A DNA stretch of 63,068 nucleotides, filler included. It is 8 parts of 8 records of this genome, joined end to end, with 100 filler letters (N's around TTAATTAATTAA, not from the genome) between each part and the next. Parts side by side here need not be neighbours in the genome. Positions count along the whole stretch, not along the records: positions 8,636 to 14,305 come from SRR31147125_31587; positions 14,406 to 24,384 come from SRR31147125_31614; 6 more parts are not named here. One strand, written 5' to 3'. Within the stretch, counting starts at the first letter, position 1. Every line of letters starts with the position of its first letter. Both the position numbers and the translations under genes were made by a program. Below, piece after piece: positions 10,551-21,254 of the stretch. The notes below the pieces were generated by a model. That model saw only the letters and a program-made list of their open reading frames with translations, made no database searches and had not been told where the DNA came from.

Positions 10551-11090
10551 ATGGATTTATTAAACAGTGTATTAAAAGAAGTATTACAAGATGATAACTT
10601 GGATCAGCTTTCTGAAAAGACCAACATTGATAGAAGCTCAATCGCTGATGTTGTTAAGGAAAGTATGCCTGCAATACTTGAAGGGCTAAATCAAAATACT
10701 AACAAAAAAGAAGGTGCCGAATCTTTAGTATCTGCTCTTGCAAAGCATAGCGGAAGCCTTTTAGAAGATGTTAAAAAAGGCGATTTAAGTTCTCTTAATT
10801 TAAATGATGGCGCAAAAATCATTGGACATATATTTGGCGAAAATAAAGATGATGTTGCCGATGAATTAGCAAAGGATTCTGGAATTGATAAAAGTAAATC
10901 AACAGATATACTTAGTGCATTAGCTCCAATAGTTATGAGTGCTCTAAGTAAGGAAAAAGAAGATAACGATTTAGATGCAGATGGACTATCTGGTTTGACA
11001 TCTACTCTTATGAACACCTTCTTAGGCGGCGAAGACAGCGGTGGCAATTTAAATAAGATTATAGGGTTAATCGGTAAATTTTTAACTTGA
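10551..11090 (+). CDS. DUF937 domain protein
   Basis: PAILEGLNQN..EGAESL..ALAKH..DGAKIIGHIFG..LAPIVMSAL pattern. ATG 10551 follows a GGGAG RBS. Confidence 0.8.
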   Translation: MDLLNSVLKEVLQDDNLDQLSEKTNIDRSSIADVVKESMPAILEGLNQNTNKKEGAESLVSALAKHSGSLLEDVKKGDLSSLNLNDGAKIIGHIFGENKDDVADELAKDSGIDKSKSTDILSALAPIVMSALSKEKEDNDLDADGLSGLTSTLMNTFLGGEDSGGNLNKIIGLIGKFLT

Positions 11091-11132
11091 TTATTATTTT
11101 ACTGATTAATTATTTAAATAAGTTTTTTATAT

Positions 11133-11168
11133 GTTTAATGCCTCCAATTTTTATTGGGGGTATTGAAC
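11133..11168. terminator. Hairpin between convergent genes
   Basis: GTTTAATGCCTCCAAT-tttt-ATTGGGGGTATTGAAC inverted repeat. Confidence 0.6.
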
Positions 11169-11208
11169 TATGTAAAATGAATTCAATTAAAATTTCATTT
11201 CGCAAACT

Positions 11209-12024
11209 CTAATTAATAAGCCTAGCCATAACTACAACTCTGTGGTTTTTATCTGTTGAGCAAGTTGATAATGTAAGTACTATATCATCCTTATTCAATT
11301 CAATATCCGTCTCATATAGTGATAAATCTTGACAATATGTAATAAACTCAAGCCATTGTTCATCACTTTCAAATTCTGTACATATATAATAAAAATCAAT
11401 ATGAGATTCATAAATGGAAAACACTTCCCACTGCATCTCGCCTGCCAATGTATCATACTGAATTATTCTATGTTCATCAAAAAAATCTTTTTCAAAATAA
11501 TATACTAAAGTTCTAAACATAGAGCCATCTCTCATTCTATGTCCATAAAGAATATTATTTCTTGTCTTTGCCATATCATAAACATCACATCTAAAATCTA
11601 GAAAAATAGCACCATAATAAGAATTTTGTTTATTAAAATCTTTATGCAGATAAAACTCATTATCTCCGCTATACAATACAGGGTAGTCAACTACAGTGCC
11701 TTCAATATTTATGTATCCTATTGTATCAGAATTTTTATCTATATACTCCTGAATATGTATTGGTGTCTCTGGAACTGGTGTAGCTGTAGGTATAGGAGTA
11801 GCCGTTGCTTTAATAGTTGGTGTAGGTTTAGGTGTGTATGTAATCGGATTAGGTGTTGTTGTTAATTCCAAATTAGTCGCTTCAACTGGACTGCGTGTTA
11901 CTATAACAGCAACTATTACCGATCCTACTGAAGCTATCACAATAAATACAATTAAATAAATCAACCATTTCTCATTATTGTTATTTACCTTGTTTAATTT
12001 GTTTTGTCCGGGTTTTCTTCTCAT
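11209..12024 (-). CDS. srtB: Class B sortase with N-terminal TM anchor and Pro/Thr linker
   Basis: DYPVLY, FYLHKDF, GAIFLD, ILYGHRMRDGSMF, LTLSTC and a terminal Arg motif. Confidence 0.9.
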   Translation of the reverse strand: MRRKPGQNKLNKVNNNNEKWLIYLIVFIVIASVGSVIVAVIVTRSPVEATNLELTTTPNPITYTPKPTPTIKATATPIPTATPVPETPIHIQEYIDKNSDTIGYINIEGTVVDYPVLYSGDNEFYLHKDFNKQNSYYGAIFLDFRCDVYDMAKTRNNILYGHRMRDGSMFRTLVYYFEKDFFDEHRIIQYDTLAGEMQWEVFSIYESHIDFYYICTEFESDEQWLEFITYCQDLSLYETDIELNKDDIVLTLSTCSTDKNHRVVVMARLIN

Positions 12025-12130
12025 ATACTTTCCCTTAACTTTCTTTAAATATATTTTACACCTATTACTATATTTAATAAAGCATAAACTTAAAAAAATA
12101 CTTTATAAGCCAATATCTTATATTTATATA

Positions 12131-12163
12131 ACAAAAAGACTGCAATTTTTATTTCACAGTCTT
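12131..12163 (-). terminator. Probable intrinsic terminator after pnp
   Basis: AAGACTG...CAGTCTT stem followed by a T-run on the minus strand. Confidence 0.5.
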
Positions 12164-12195
12164 GTAGTTTTATTGAATTTTAAAATAAATTATAC

Positions 12196-14301
12196 TTACA
12201 TATCTTTAAGCATTTCTTTTTCTTGTTCGATAAGTTCTTTTCTAGATAAATCGATTCTGCCGTTATTATCAATTTTAATAACTTTAACCAAAATCTTATC
12301 TCCAGCTTTAACTTCATCTTCCACTTTTTCAACTCTGTGATTTGCAAGTTTAGAAATATGACATAGTCCGTCTTTTCCTGGTAATAGTTCAACAAATGCA
12401 CCAAATGCCATTATCTTAACTACAGTGCCTAAGTATACTTCGCCTACTTCAACTTCCTTAACAATAGCTTCAATCATAGATTTTGCTTTGTCCATTGAAT
12501 CCTGATCAGCAGTAGCAATATAGACAGTACCGTCATCTTCGATGTCAATTTTAACTCCAGTTTCATCGATAATTTGGTTGATCATCTTGCCGCCAGGTCC
12601 TATAACATCTCTGATTTTGTCAGGATTAATATTAAAGGAAATAATTTTTGGTGCGTACTTAGATAAGCTTTCGTTCGGTTTGTCAATGGTTTCAATCATT
12701 TTATCCAGGATATACAATCTACCTACACGTGCTTGTTCCAGTGCGCGCTCTAATATAGGTTTGTCAATACCCTTTATCTTGATATCCATTTGAATAGCTG
12801 TAATGCCATCTTTTGTACCAGCTACCTTAAAGTCCATATCTCCCAAAAAGTCCTCTAGTCCTTGAATGTCTGTTAAAACAGCTACATTATCAGACTCTGC
12901 ATCTTTAATCAGTCCCATAGCAACACCAGCAACAGGTGCTTTGATTGGAACACCAGCATCCATTAATGAAAGCGTTGAACCGCAAATTGATGCTTGTGAT
13001 GTAGAACCATTTGAAGATAATACTTCTGATACAACTCTTATTGTATATGGAAAGTCACTTTCATCTGGTATAACTGGTAATAGAGCTCTTTCTGCTAATG
13101 CACCATGCCCTATTTCACGACGACCTGGTGCACGATTCGGCTTAGTTTCACCAACACTGAATCCTGGGAAATTATAGTGGTGGATATACCTTTTCTTTTC
13201 ATCAGATGTTATACCATCTAATTTTTGATATTCGCTCATTGAACCTAAAGTTGCAATCGATAAAACTTGTGTTTCACCACGAGTAAATATGCCTGTACCG
13301 TGTGTTCTTGGCAATACTCCAACTTCACTCCATATATGGCGGATTTCTTCTGTCTTTCTACCATCTGGGCGAACACCATTTAGTATCTTTTCTCTTACTA
13401 TTTCCTTGGTAATGCCGTAGATAGCATCCCCAGCATCAGAAATAGTTTCTGGGTATTTTTCTTCAAGCGCTGCAACGATTTTTTCATTACAAGCTTCTTG
13501 TAATTCTTTTCTTTCACCTCTATCAAATGGCTCAAGTGATGCTTTAATGTCATCATAGAATTCATCACGTATTGCTTTTTCCAGCTCTTCATCTGGCTTA
13601 GATATAGTAGGTTCAACTTTTTCCTTTCCTACTTCTGTAACCATTTTTTCAATAAATGCAACAACCTTTTTGATTTCCTCATGTGCTAATAAAATAGCTT
13701 CTAACATTTGCGCTTCTGTTATTCCCTTAGCACCTGCTTCAACCATCATTACTGCATCTTTTGTTCCTGCTACTGTTAATTCTAAAACAGACTTCTCTTT
13801 TTGCTCGGCATTAGGGTTAACTACATATTCTCCATCTACCATACCTATGCTTACTGCACCTGTTGGTCCTGAAAATGGAATATCTGAAATACTTAAAACA
13901 ACTGATGAACCTATCATTGCTAATATTTCTGGTTCAACGTCAGGATCAACCGACATTACAGTTGCTACAATTTGTACATCATTTCTAAATCCTTTTGGAA
14001 ATAGTGGTCTAAGTGGTCTGTCAATCAATCTTGATGTCAAGATTGCGTGTTCTGGTGGTCTTGCTTCTCTTTTGGTAAAGCCTCCTGGTATTTTACCAAC
14101 TGAATACATTTTTGCTTCGTAATCAACGCTTAACGGAAAGAAATCTATTCCGTCTCTTGGCTTGTCCGACATTGTTGTAACAACAAATACTACAGATTCG
14201 CCGCAGCTAATCATACATGAAGCATTTGCTTGTCCTGCTAAGTTACCTGTTTCGACCTTTAGCGGCCGACCAGCCAACTCCATCTCAAATGTTCTCTTCA
14301 T
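12196..14301 (-). CDS. pnp: Polyribonucleotide nucleotidyltransferase (PNPase)
   Basis: [47 protein letters not shown], plus KH and S1 domains. Confidence 0.98.
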   Translation of the reverse strand: MKRTFEMELAGRPLKVETGNLAGQANASCMISCGESVVFVVTTMSDKPRDGIDFFPLSVDYEAKMYSVGKIPGGFTKREARPPEHAILTSRLIDRPLRPLFPKGFRNDVQIVATVMSVDPDVEPEILAMIGSSVVLSISDIPFSGPTGAVSIGMVDGEYVVNPNAEQKEKSVLELTVAGTKDAVMMVEAGAKGITEAQMLEAILLAHEEIKKVVAFIEKMVTEVGKEKVEPTISKPDEELEKAIRDEFYDDIKASLEPFDRGERKELQEACNEKIVAALEEKYPETISDAGDAIYGITKEIVREKILNGVRPDGRKTEEIRHIWSEVGVLPRTHGTGIFTRGETQVLSIATLGSMSEYQKLDGITSDEKKRYIHHYNFPGFSVGETKPNRAPGRREIGHGALAERALLPVIPDESDFPYTIRVVSEVLSSNGSTSQASICGSTLSLMDAGVPIKAPVAGVAMGLIKDAESDNVAVLTDIQGLEDFLGDMDFKVAGTKDGITAIQMDIKIKGIDKPILERALEQARVGRLYILDKMIETIDKPNESLSKYAPKIISFNINPDKIRDVIGPGGKMINQIIDETGVKIDIEDDGTVYIATADQDSMDKAKSMIEAIVKEVEVGEVYLGTVVKIMAFGAFVELLPGKDGLCHISKLANHRVEKVEDEVKAGDKILVKVIKIDNNGRIDLSRKELIEQEKEMLKDM

Positions 14302-14405
14302 TTGANNNNNNNNNNNNNNNNNNNNNNNNNNNNNNNNNNNNNNNNNNNNTTAATTAATTAANNNNNNNNNNNNNNNNNNNNNNNNNNNNNNNNNNNNNNN
14401 NNNNN

Positions 14406-15336
14406 AAAAAGCACTTCCTGCGATGAATACCTCATCTCTCTCGTTTGTGGAATATAAAGCCGTGCCAGGCAGTTGGATGCTGTGGGTTGCACGGTGGCTT
14501 CCCGCATTGAAATATGTGGCCCTGGTCTTGATGATTCTTTCACTGGCCCGCCCCCAATGGGGAATCCAAAAGGTGAACGTCTCCACCGAAGGGATCAACA
14601 TCATTTTGGCTTTGGACCTTTCAGAGTCCATGGCGGCCCTGGATTTTACTCAAAGTAACAACAATATTGTCACCCGTCTCGATGCCGTCAAAGGGGTGGT
14701 GGATGATTTTATATTGAAACGGGATGGGGACCGCATCGGAATGGTGGTCTTCGGTTCCGAAGCCTTTACCCAACTCCCCCTGACCCGGGATTACGACACC
14801 ATTGCCTTTATGCTGGAGCGACTCAAAATCGGGGCGGCCGGTCCCAGCACGGCCATCGGCGATGCCATCGGTATCTCCCTCAAGCGCCTTGAAGATATCG
14901 AAAGTAAATCCAATATCATCATTTTGCTGACGGACGGCCGAAGTAACAGTGGAGAGCTCTCGCCGGATACCGCCGCAACCATTGCGGCTGAGCGGGATGT
15001 CAAAATCTATACCATTGGTGTGGGAAAGGCGGGTAAAGCGCCGTTTCTCGTGAAGGATCCTTTGATTGGCCAGAGGTATGTCTATCAGCGGGTGGATATG
15101 GACCACGACACCCTCAAGGAAATTGCCGAGAAGACCGGAGGCACTTTTTTTGCCGCCCAGGATATCGAGGGACTGGAAAAGATCTATGAAATGATCGACA
15201 GTCTTGAAAAAACCGAGGTAGAGGTAAAAAGCTGGGCGCAATATAATGAGCTATTTCACTGGTTGCTCATACCGGCATTGTTTTTGTTGGGGGGTATATT
15301 GTTCTCTCAGGTACAAGATTTATACGATTTCCATAG
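14406..15336 (+). CDS. batA: BatA-like vWA membrane protein (5' truncated; probable frameshift at G6 15289-15294)
   Basis: LARPQ, ALDLSESM, DRIGMVVFG, TAIGDAI, LLTDG. One added G restores the family-typical ending YIVLSGTRFIRFP*. Confidence 0.85.
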
Positions 15337-15346
15337 GTGAGATCCC

Positions 15347-17287
15347 ATGACTATATCCAATCCGCAGATGCTTCATCTAATTTGGCTTGTAATGCTGTTG
15401 TTCTTCGTTGCCGCCTATGGGTTACGGAAACGATTTCGAATGATCACGGCGTTTATGGAGCCCTCCATGATCACTTCCATGATTCCGGACTATAGTCCGG
15501 CCCGGCGATGGACAAAAGCACTGCTGCTGACGGCGGCGTTGTTGTTTATCGTTCTATCTTTGGCCGGTCCCCAGGTGGGATTCAGATGGGAAACCGTGGA
15601 GCAAAAAGGGGTGGATATCATGATTGCACTGGACTGCTCAAGAAGTATGCTGGCCACCGATATCAAACCCTCCAGGTTGGAGCAGGCCAAGCGGGAGATC
15701 ATCGATCTTTTGAACATGATGCAGTCGGACCGGGCCGGCCTCGTTGCCTTTGCCGGTAGTGCCGCCCTTCAGTGTCCGTTGACGCTGGATCATTCGGCAT
15801 TTCATATCTTTCTCAAGGCGTTGAATCCCGACTATCTTCCCAGGGGAGGGACAGACATTCGGGGAGCGATTCAAACGGCCTTAAATGGATTTGAAAGTGA
15901 TGTCAACTCCGAAAAGGCCATTATCCTCATTACCGATGGGGAGAATACGTCCGGAGATCCGATGGAGATCGTTAAACAGGCGGTCACGGAAGGGGTGAAA
16001 ATTTTCTGTATCGGCGTCGGTAGTGAAACGGGCGCGCCGGTTCCCGATGGCGCGGGGGGATTCAAGAAGGACAAACAGGGGCGGATCATCATGTCCAAAG
16101 TCGATGATGACGGACTGACCAACATCGCCGCCATGGGAACGGGAAAATATGTGAAATCGGTAGCCGGAGATATGGATCTCGATCTCATATACACCCGGGA
16201 AATACAGAAGAATATGGAGAAGACCACCATTCAGAGCGGACGGAAAAAAGTGTGGGAGAATCGGTTTCAATGGCTGCTCTTTCCGGCGGTGGTTCTGTTG
16301 ATATTGGAGCTGTTTATTTCAGAGGGAAGACAAAACCGATTGAGAAAGCAAAAAAATAAACTCTTTGCATTTCCCCTGTTAATATTAGTGGGGGGACTAT
16401 TCTGTCTGACTGAAACGGCCGATGCCGGAACCTATTCCAGTGTCAAGCAGGGAATCGAAGATTTTGAAGAGGGCAGATATGAACAGGCCCGGAAGAACTT
16501 CATCGATGCCCAACTGCAGGATCCGGAGATGCCGGAACTCTACTACAATATCGGGAGTGCGGCATATAAGACCGGAAAGTTTGAAGAGGCGCTGAATAAC
16601 TTTACCCGGGCCTTGGATACGGAAGATCCTGTTTTGAAAGATCAAAGTCGATTCAATTTGGGAAATACCAAATATCGGATGGGAGATTTTGAGGGCGCCA
16701 TTGAAGCGTTTCAAGAGATTGGGACGGAGTCCCGCCTCCATAAAAAGGCGTCAGACAACATTGAGTTTGTCAAAAAAGTGATGGAAGAGCAAAAGCGTCA
16801 ACAGGAACAGCAACAAAATCAGCAGTGCGACAATAAGAATCAAAAGAATCAGGAGCAGAAGGAAAACGACGCGAATCAAGATCAAAAGAAGGGGAAGAAT
16901 ACAGAGCAGGATCAACAAAAAGGCGACAATCAATCAAAAGATAAACAAGATAAGCAGGACGGCGAGAAAAAAGAGAATCCGCAGCAAGAGCAAAAGTCCA
17001 ATCAGGATAAATCAAATAGCGATCCGCAAAAACAGAAAGGCCGGGAGCACAAGCAAGATCAGGGGCAGGATCAAAAGAAAAATGGCCAAGGCGCTCACCC
17101 TCAGCCGGAGTCCCAAAAAGAGCAAAAAGATCAACAAAATCAAAATGCCCAGGCTGCGTCAGCGACAGGTCCTTCCGATGATCAAAGAAAGCAGGGGCAT
17201 CAACGCCTGTTAAACCGGTTGGAGGATAAACCGGGAGCCGCCATGGTACCGGTCTATTCGGGGCAACCTGTTGAGAAAGATTGGTAA
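15347..17287 (+). CDS. BatB-BatC fusion: vWA, TPR and Q/K/D-rich tail
   Basis: ALDCSRSMLATDIKPSRLEQAK, LITDGE, TPRs (YYNIGSAAY, FNLGNTKY), a low-complexity Gln-rich region and terminal EKDW. Confidence 0.88.
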   Translation: MTISNPQMLHLIWLVMLLFFVAAYGLRKRFRMITAFMEPSMITSMIPDYSPARRWTKALLLTAALLFIVLSLAGPQVGFRWETVEQKGVDIMIALDCSRSMLATDIKPSRLEQAKREIIDLLNMMQSDRAGLVAFAGSAALQCPLTLDHSAFHIFLKALNPDYLPRGGTDIRGAIQTALNGFESDVNSEKAIILITDGENTSGDPMEIVKQAVTEGVKIFCIGVGSETGAPVPDGAGGFKKDKQGRIIMSKVDDDGLTNIAAMGTGKYVKSVAGDMDLDLIYTREIQKNMEKTTIQSGRKKVWENRFQWLLFPAVVLLILELFISEGRQNRLRKQKNKLFAFPLLILVGGLFCLTETADAGTYSSVKQGIEDFEEGRYEQARKNFIDAQLQDPEMPELYYNIGSAAYKTGKFEEALNNFTRALDTEDPVLKDQSRFNLGNTKYRMGDFEGAIEAFQEIGTESRLHKKASDNIEFVKKVMEEQKRQQEQQQNQQCDNKNQKNQEQKENDANQDQKKGKNTEQDQQKGDNQSKDKQDKQDGEKKENPQQEQKSNQDKSNSDPQKQKGREHKQDQGQDQKKNGQGAHPQPESQKEQKDQQNQNAQAASATGPSDDQRKQGHQRLLNRLEDKPGAAMVPVYSGQPVEKDW

Positions 17288-17288
17288 A

Positions 17289-20081
17289 ATGAGAAATAAG
17301 ATGCAAATCCGTTTCAATAGTCGATCCATTGTTGTTCATTGGTTGATTGTCGTTTGCTTAATCGGGATAATGATTCCCACAACTGCGCTCAGTTTCAATG
17401 TCACTGCTCAGGTGGATAGAAATCGAATTTCCATCAATGACTCCATTGTATTGAAGATCATTTTTGAAGATGGAGAGGGGGAAGTGGATACATCCAATCT
17501 GACTGATTTCGATATCCTCTCCAGAAGCAGCAGCAGTAATATTTCAATTATCAATGGAAAGTACTCCAAAACCATCACCTCCATTTATCGATTGGTTCCG
17601 TTAAAAAAAGGACGCCTATCGATCCCGTCGTTTAAAGTCAGTCATAAACGGAAGGTTTATGCCACCCGTCCCATTACCATTGACGTTTCTGCCGCCGATG
17701 CAAAACCCGGAGCTTCCACGGATATTTTTGTGGAAGCGGGATTGTCCGGCACGTCACTTTACGTAGGACAGCAGGCTGTCTATCAGCTTCGATTGTTCAG
17801 TGCGGTGAGATTTTCCAATGCCACCCTTCAAGAGCCTTCTTTCAACGGATTCACCGCAAAGGAAGTGGGGGAGCGACAAAAGTACCAAACCACCATCAAT
17901 GGGCGAGTCTATCATGTCATCGCCGTCAATTATGTTTTGATTCCTGAGCAGGCCGGTAATATCGAAATCGAACCTGCCGTCATCACCTGCGATGTGGTCG
18001 TAAAAGGAAGACGGAGCGATCCATTTGACGATCCGTTTTTTTCCAATAACTTTTTCGGGTTTGGGAGAAGTGAAAAGCGCCGTTTTTCCACCGGGCCTCT
18101 GTCCGTGGAAGTCTTGCCATTGCCTGAATATACTCAATCACATCCGCCATTTTCCGGTGTGGTGGGAGATGTAAAAATCAATGCTTCGCTCGATAGAAAT
18201 GACCTTACAGCCGGAGAATCGGTCACATTGACCATCACATTGTCGGGTGGAGGGAATCTAATGGATGCCCAAAGTCCTGAGATCAACCTCTCTTCCGATG
18301 TAAAACTCTATGAAGACGCTCCCGTGGAAGAGATCGAGTTGACCCCCGATGGTTATGCCGGTACCAAAGAATTTAAAAAAGCCATTGTTCCGATCAAGGA
18401 AGGCACATACACCATTGCCCCGGTGGCATTTTCATTTTTCAATGTCTCCAATCGTCAGTATGAAGTGGTTAAGACGGCTTCACTATCCTTCAATGTGAGC
18501 CCGTCGGCCGAAAATGTAGCCGGGGGAAATAATGTCGTCAACATAACCGGTGCCAATGGGGCAGGGGCCGGTACGGGGGCGGAGAGCTCTCCGGGGTTGG
18601 CACGAAGAGAAAAGCAGAATGTGGAGTTGATCGGAAACGATATTTTGGGATTGAAGGAAGGAAATGATGGGCTTCACCATAAAAGGAAGCTTCCATTGCC
18701 GATGTTCGGAGTGCTCTTTTTTCTGCCGTGTTTTCTATTTTATTTACTGAAACTGTTTTTGATTTTCGGAAAAAAAGAAATTTCAATTGCTGCATCCCTT
18801 GAAAAAAAGGCAAAAGAGGCTTTGTCCACAGCTGAAAAAATGAAGAAAGAGATATCCGGTAAAGATGGAGCAGGTAAAATTAATCGGGAAGATTATCTAA
18901 AGGCCCTTCACGGAGCCGTAACAGCTAAAGTTTTTGCCAAAGCCGGAGTCAAAGGGGAGTCCCTCACATCCGGTGAGGTGGAGACCTATCTCACTTCATC
19001 CGGGTGTGAGCCCGATGTTTCTTCTCAGGTCAATGCGTTGCTCGGGGAGATCGAGTCGGCGCGGTATGGGCGGCAGAAAGATGATGCTGCATATCGGGAG
19101 CTGCTTTTGAAAAAAACGCGAAGCGTCTTTCAGATGCTTGGAATGGTTGCACTGATTGTAGGGGCTTCTTTAGTTGTTACCATGGGCTCTATGGGCTTTG
19201 CGCAAATAACCTTTGCGCAATCGGATCAAAGTCAAAGTACTCAATCCGATCAAAGTGATTTAAAAGAAGACGCAGATGGGTTGACGGGAATAAAAGAGAG
19301 TGGAGAAGATGACTATGCAGACTCTCAAAAACGATCAGATTTCCATCCGTCGAATCCTCAATTTGCCGGCCCCTCAACAGATCCATCCGGAGAGGCCGGG
19401 TATGGCCGATATTTTTTTCAAGGCGTAGAGGCCTACCGCCAAGGTCGATTTGAAGAGGCGGCAACTATTTTTAAAACCATTGCACAGCAGGGCGTTCACA
19501 ATGCCAAGCTCTATTACAATATCGGGAATTCCTTTCTCAAAGCCGGTCGGATCGGTCAGGCTGTTTTGTGGTATGAACGGGCAAAGAAGGAGATCCCGCT
19601 GGATCCGGATTTGAGATTTAACCTGGCATATGCCGATGGATTGCTTAAAGACAAAGTCGATTCGGATGTCAAGGTTGATTTCTCGAAAATCCTCTTTTTC
19701 TGGAGGGACTACCTGCCCGCAGAAATGCTAAAATATACCGCTTTGCTTCTTTCCTTTCTATTTTTTACCTATGCCGCAATCAGAACCGTTCGCAATAAAA
19801 AGGTTTTGACTCTGGGGGGAAGCATCTTCTTCGGGGTATGGATGGCGGTTGGGGGAACTGCGTTTTATGCGGGATACCAAAGCATTGCAACAAACAACGC
19901 AGTGATCATTGCCCCGGAAGCATCGGTCCGCTCCGCAACGTCCGACAATGCCACAGAGCTGTTTATCCTCCATGCCGGGACCCGTGTAAAAGTGCAGAAA
20001 GTGATGAGCGGATATCTTAAAATTTATTTTTCAGAAGGAAAAATCGGCTGGGTGAGTCGACAAGATGCCGAGATTATTTAA
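17289..20081 (+). CDS. BatD-BatE fusion: BatD beta-domains, TM, TPR, SH3-like domain
   Basis: Signal peptide, VTAQVDRNRI, SLYVGQQ, FSGVVGD, LYYNIGNSFLKAG..AVLWYERA, LHAGTRVKV..GWV. Confidence 0.85.
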   Translation: MRNKMQIRFNSRSIVVHWLIVVCLIGIMIPTTALSFNVTAQVDRNRISINDSIVLKIIFEDGEGEVDTSNLTDFDILSRSSSSNISIINGKYSKTITSIYRLVPLKKGRLSIPSFKVSHKRKVYATRPITIDVSAADAKPGASTDIFVEAGLSGTSLYVGQQAVYQLRLFSAVRFSNATLQEPSFNGFTAKEVGERQKYQTTINGRVYHVIAVNYVLIPEQAGNIEIEPAVITCDVVVKGRRSDPFDDPFFSNNFFGFGRSEKRRFSTGPLSVEVLPLPEYTQSHPPFSGVVGDVKINASLDRNDLTAGESVTLTITLSGGGNLMDAQSPEINLSSDVKLYEDAPVEEIELTPDGYAGTKEFKKAIVPIKEGTYTIAPVAFSFFNVSNRQYEVVKTASLSFNVSPSAENVAGGNNVVNITGANGAGAGTGAESSPGLARREKQNVELIGNDILGLKEGNDGLHHKRKLPLPMFGVLFFLPCFLFYLLKLFLIFGKKEISIAASLEKKAKEALSTAEKMKKEISGKDGAGKINREDYLKALHGAVTAKVFAKAGVKGESLTSGEVETYLTSSGCEPDVSSQVNALLGEIESARYGRQKDDAAYRELLLKKTRSVFQMLGMVALIVGASLVVTMGSMGFAQITFAQSDQSQSTQSDQSDLKEDADGLTGIKESGEDDYADSQKRSDFHPSNPQFAGPSTDPSGEAGYGRYFFQGVEAYRQGRFEEAATIFKTIAQQGVHNAKLYYNIGNSFLKAGRIGQAVLWYERAKKEIPLDPDLRFNLAYADGLLKDKVDSDVKVDFSKILFFWRDYLPAEMLKYTALLLSFLFFTYAAIRTVRNKKVLTLGGSIFFGVWMAVGGTAFYAGYQSIATNNAVIIAPEASVRSATSDNATELFILHAGTRVKVQKVMSGYLKIYFSEGKIGWVSRQDAEII

Positions 20082-20097
20082 TCAAATTTCAACCTCT

Positions 20098-21072
20098 TCA
20101 GCCGATCCGCTCTTCAAGTGCATGGATTAATTTTCGGGTGTTGAGCCCGGGTGTGCCGTTGCCGATAGTGCACTCATCAATCCGTACCACCGGAACAATC
20201 CCTTTGTTCGTGCCGGAGATGAACACCTCTTCCGCACTGCAAAGCTCATTCAACGGCATACTTCGAAGCTCGATCTCGAACATCGTTCGACTCACTTCCA
20301 AAATCGCCTGTCTGGTAATTCCCTTTAAGACATCCGCCTCTGCCGTGATCAATTTTCCCTCTACAAATGCAAAGAGGTTGCTTGTGGTGCCTTCGGTGAC
20401 GATTTGATCCGTATTGACATAGAGGGCCTCCACTGCGCCCAATTGTCTGGCCTGCTTCAACGCCAGGGTGGCCGGCATGTAAGAGAGTGTCTTTGCCTGG
20501 GGCAGCGCCCGTTGATAGGGAATGGTGATGACTTTGACCCCCTTTTCATACCAGTAGGACGGAATGGGGGGGATGGGTGTGATCAACACCAGCACTCTGG
20601 GGCACCCCAAGGGCGTCATGAAGTCCGGACTGGAGCCGCCGGTGATGATGGTTCGCACATTGGCTTCCTGTGTCTCTCCAATGGCGGGATTTCGTTTCAA
20701 AGTCTCTCGAATGATCTCTTCAATGTCTGTTTCGCTTCGATCGATGGGAAGCTCCATGGCCTTTGCGGAATGGATCAGTCTTGCCACATGCTCCTTGAGC
20801 AGGAACGGCTTTCCTTTATAGGTGCGCATCAGATCACATACTCCGACACCCCGAAGGACGGCAAGATCATCCACCGGGATAACGGCGTCATTTGATGGAA
20901 CAAATCTTCCTTCAACAAAATAGATGGTTTTTTCTTTTTCAGCCTGCTCCAAAGTGTGCGGTGCGTGGGAGGTCATCTTTTTTTTGCATTCCATTTGTAC
21001 GGATTGGGTTTCCTTGAATGGACCTTTCTGTTGGTCAACAGTCGTCCGGCCCATGGGTTTTGTGTTCGTCAA
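20098..21072 (-). CDS. Class IV PLP-dependent aminotransferase (branched-chain/D-amino acid type); start uncertain
   Basis: DLAVLRG, EHVARL, catalytic Lys in AKTLSY, EGTTSNLF, LKGITR, EEVFISGT. Confidence 0.9.
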   Translation of the reverse strand: MTNTKPMGRTTVDQQKGPFKETQSVQMECKKKMTSHAPHTLEQAEKEKTIYFVEGRFVPSNDAVIPVDDLAVLRGVGVCDLMRTYKGKPFLLKEHVARLIHSAKAMELPIDRSETDIEEIIRETLKRNPAIGETQEANVRTIITGGSSPDFMTPLGCPRVLVLITPIPPIPSYWYEKGVKVITIPYQRALPQAKTLSYMPATLALKQARQLGAVEALYVNTDQIVTEGTTSNLFAFVEGKLITAEADVLKGITRQAILEVSRTMFEIELRSMPLNELCSAEEVFISGTNKGIVPVVRIDECTIGNGTPGLNTRKLIHALEERIG

Positions 21073-21200
21073 ATGCGTTTACCCCGTCAAATGAGTGGTT
21101 TCCCCTTGATTCTCCAAGGAATATATTTTATAGAATCCATTCGGATAAGTGGGGGGAGAGTCTCAAAAGCAAACAGGTACTATAAAAAAAATTACTCTGC

Positions 21201-21228
21201 TTGAAAATCTTTTTTTTCGTAGTATAAT
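21201..21228 (+). promoter_or_regulatory. Sigma70-type promoter
   Basis: TTGAAA-N16-TATAAT (the spacer contains a T8 run), followed by GGAGG and ATG 21255. Confidence 0.6.
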
Positions 21229-21254
21229 TAATAGTTGTTCTGTTGGAGGTCAAA

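Noticed and set aside
12542..14122. Antisense ORFs over pnp, and the many similar 60-200 aa shadow ORFs across the window
   Set aside because: They overlap well-supported genes on the opposite strand or frame and show no recognisable motifs.
16785..17200. CAA/GATCAA-rich repetitive DNA as a CRISPR array or tandem repeat element
   Set aside because: There is no fixed repeat-spacer period. It encodes the Gln/Lys/Asp-rich tail typical of BatC.
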